A DNA stretch of 64,000 nt from Anthoceros angustus (lineage: Eukaryota; Plantae; Anthocerotophyta), in contig VJWM01000280.1 of assembly GCA_010909165.1 (NCBI GenBank), positions 62,001 through 126,000 of the forward strand. Reading direction: 5' to 3'. The position numbers and the translations under genes were made by a program. Positions 63,111 through 64,000 of the stretch are shown here, piece after piece (the stretch's first letter is position 1; each line of letters begins with the position of its first letter). Under the pieces are notes generated by a model. That model was not told the DNA's origin. It saw nothing but the letters and a program-made list of their open reading frames with translations, and made no database searches.

Positions 63111-63689
63111 CGAGCCACCTGCCGGGTTTGCAGCCCTGGTTCTAGAAATGACCTAAATGGCCTAATAACCTATCCTGATAATGTCAGTTAAATAGCTTCA
63201 TATGGGGTAAGCTAATTAATAGCTATTTCCTAATGGCCAAAATCACATATATAGCCAGCCTACCTCTAGGCTACTATATATATTCTTGTAAAACAAGTCT
63301 GGTGCCACGGTACCGCCGTGCATCACCGGCTGTTGGGCACATAAGACGTGCATCCCGCCTCAGTCCGGCCCGACCTTCAGCTGCAACAAGAAAACAGGGC
63401 AAAAGGAAATTTTCACGCCACACCACCGATGGATCGGCTAGAAGAAAGGCAGCATGGCGAAGAAGGAGAATGGAATTATCCAGCACCTGGAAGGAAAGAA
63501 TAAGGAAACCCCAAACAGATCGATCACAGCCATGCTCAAGCACGATTGCAACGCTATGGGGCCATAGCACGTCACACGTAGAATGGCAGATGCCACATGA
63601 ACCCAATTGTGACTAGCAGCCATGAAACCTTGCAATGCAATCACATCCATCTTCACAATCGAAACGAATTGAAACACACACCGAGTAGC

Positions 63690-64000
63690 GACACTTTGAA
63701 CAATACCAAAGTTGCCGAACCCCGCACCAAAGGTGGCTGCAAGCGAAAAAGGTGGAACCCCATTGCATCCATCACAGCGGCATGAGCTGCGTCATCCGGG
63801 CGCAGATCGCATGGGTAATCAAGGATCCAATCCGTTACAATGGTGGGGTCAAGGTTAGGAGATACGGGCACAATTTTGGTGTGATCGAAATGACCGCCAT
63901 CGGATCCTGCAAGACCAACACTCCATTGGACTTGACCTCCCGATCCTAAGCACATGTCTGCCGAAGTCTCAAGAGTGTCACTGTTGAAGAAAGATACAGA
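63690..64000 (-). mobile_element. Ty3/Gypsy integrase C-terminus with PHD finger (degenerate)
   Basis: Across frameshifts: VLRI.EVKSNGVLVLQG.DG...NCA...PNLDPTI...PC..C..PDDA....CDGCN.GFHLF.LQPPL..V..LWYCSKC (C4HC3 PHD pattern). Confidence 0.7.

Noticed and set aside
63653-63955. ORF containing LRPDDAAHAAVM, resembling a PIN/VapC motif
   Set aside because: Better explained as a frameshifted mix of Gypsy integrase C-terminus and PHD finger (CDGCN.GFHLF.LQPPL...WYCSKC in adjacent frames).

Overview
Eukaryotic, most likely non-seed-plant (moss-like) DNA. About 62 kb (1 to ~62040) is a head-to-tail tandem array of a ~2.55-kb unit; its start motif ATAATTAAAAAGTGGAATGTGTAGCC is seen 19 times. Each unit carries on the minus strand an intronless, ~945-nt, divergent TFIIB-like general transcription factor gene (Zn ribbon, B-reader, two cyclin folds), with a TATA-like box ~190 nt upstream. 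There are 14 near-full-length copies and more than 10 partial copies. Every copy is frameshifted as written, but at different CG/CHG-centred sites, and overlapping ORFs can be stitched into one ~315-aa reading frame. The frameshifts are therefore probably long-read consensus errors (inference). The array also has recurrent sub-unit duplications and deletions, plus many short template switches at 5-9 nt microhomologies; some may be real, many look like assembly or correction artefacts. From ~35 kb it becomes increasingly mosaic with TE pieces (LTR plus coiled-coil ORF remnant, LTR-like blocks, integrase fragments). It ends in moss/algal-type Ty3/Gypsy pol remnants, including a PHD-finger integrase C-terminus. 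No rRNA, tRNA, CRISPR or prokaryotic features were found. Best candidate for a novel system: a D4Z4/DUX4-like macrosatellite whose cargo is a divergent TFIIB paralog.
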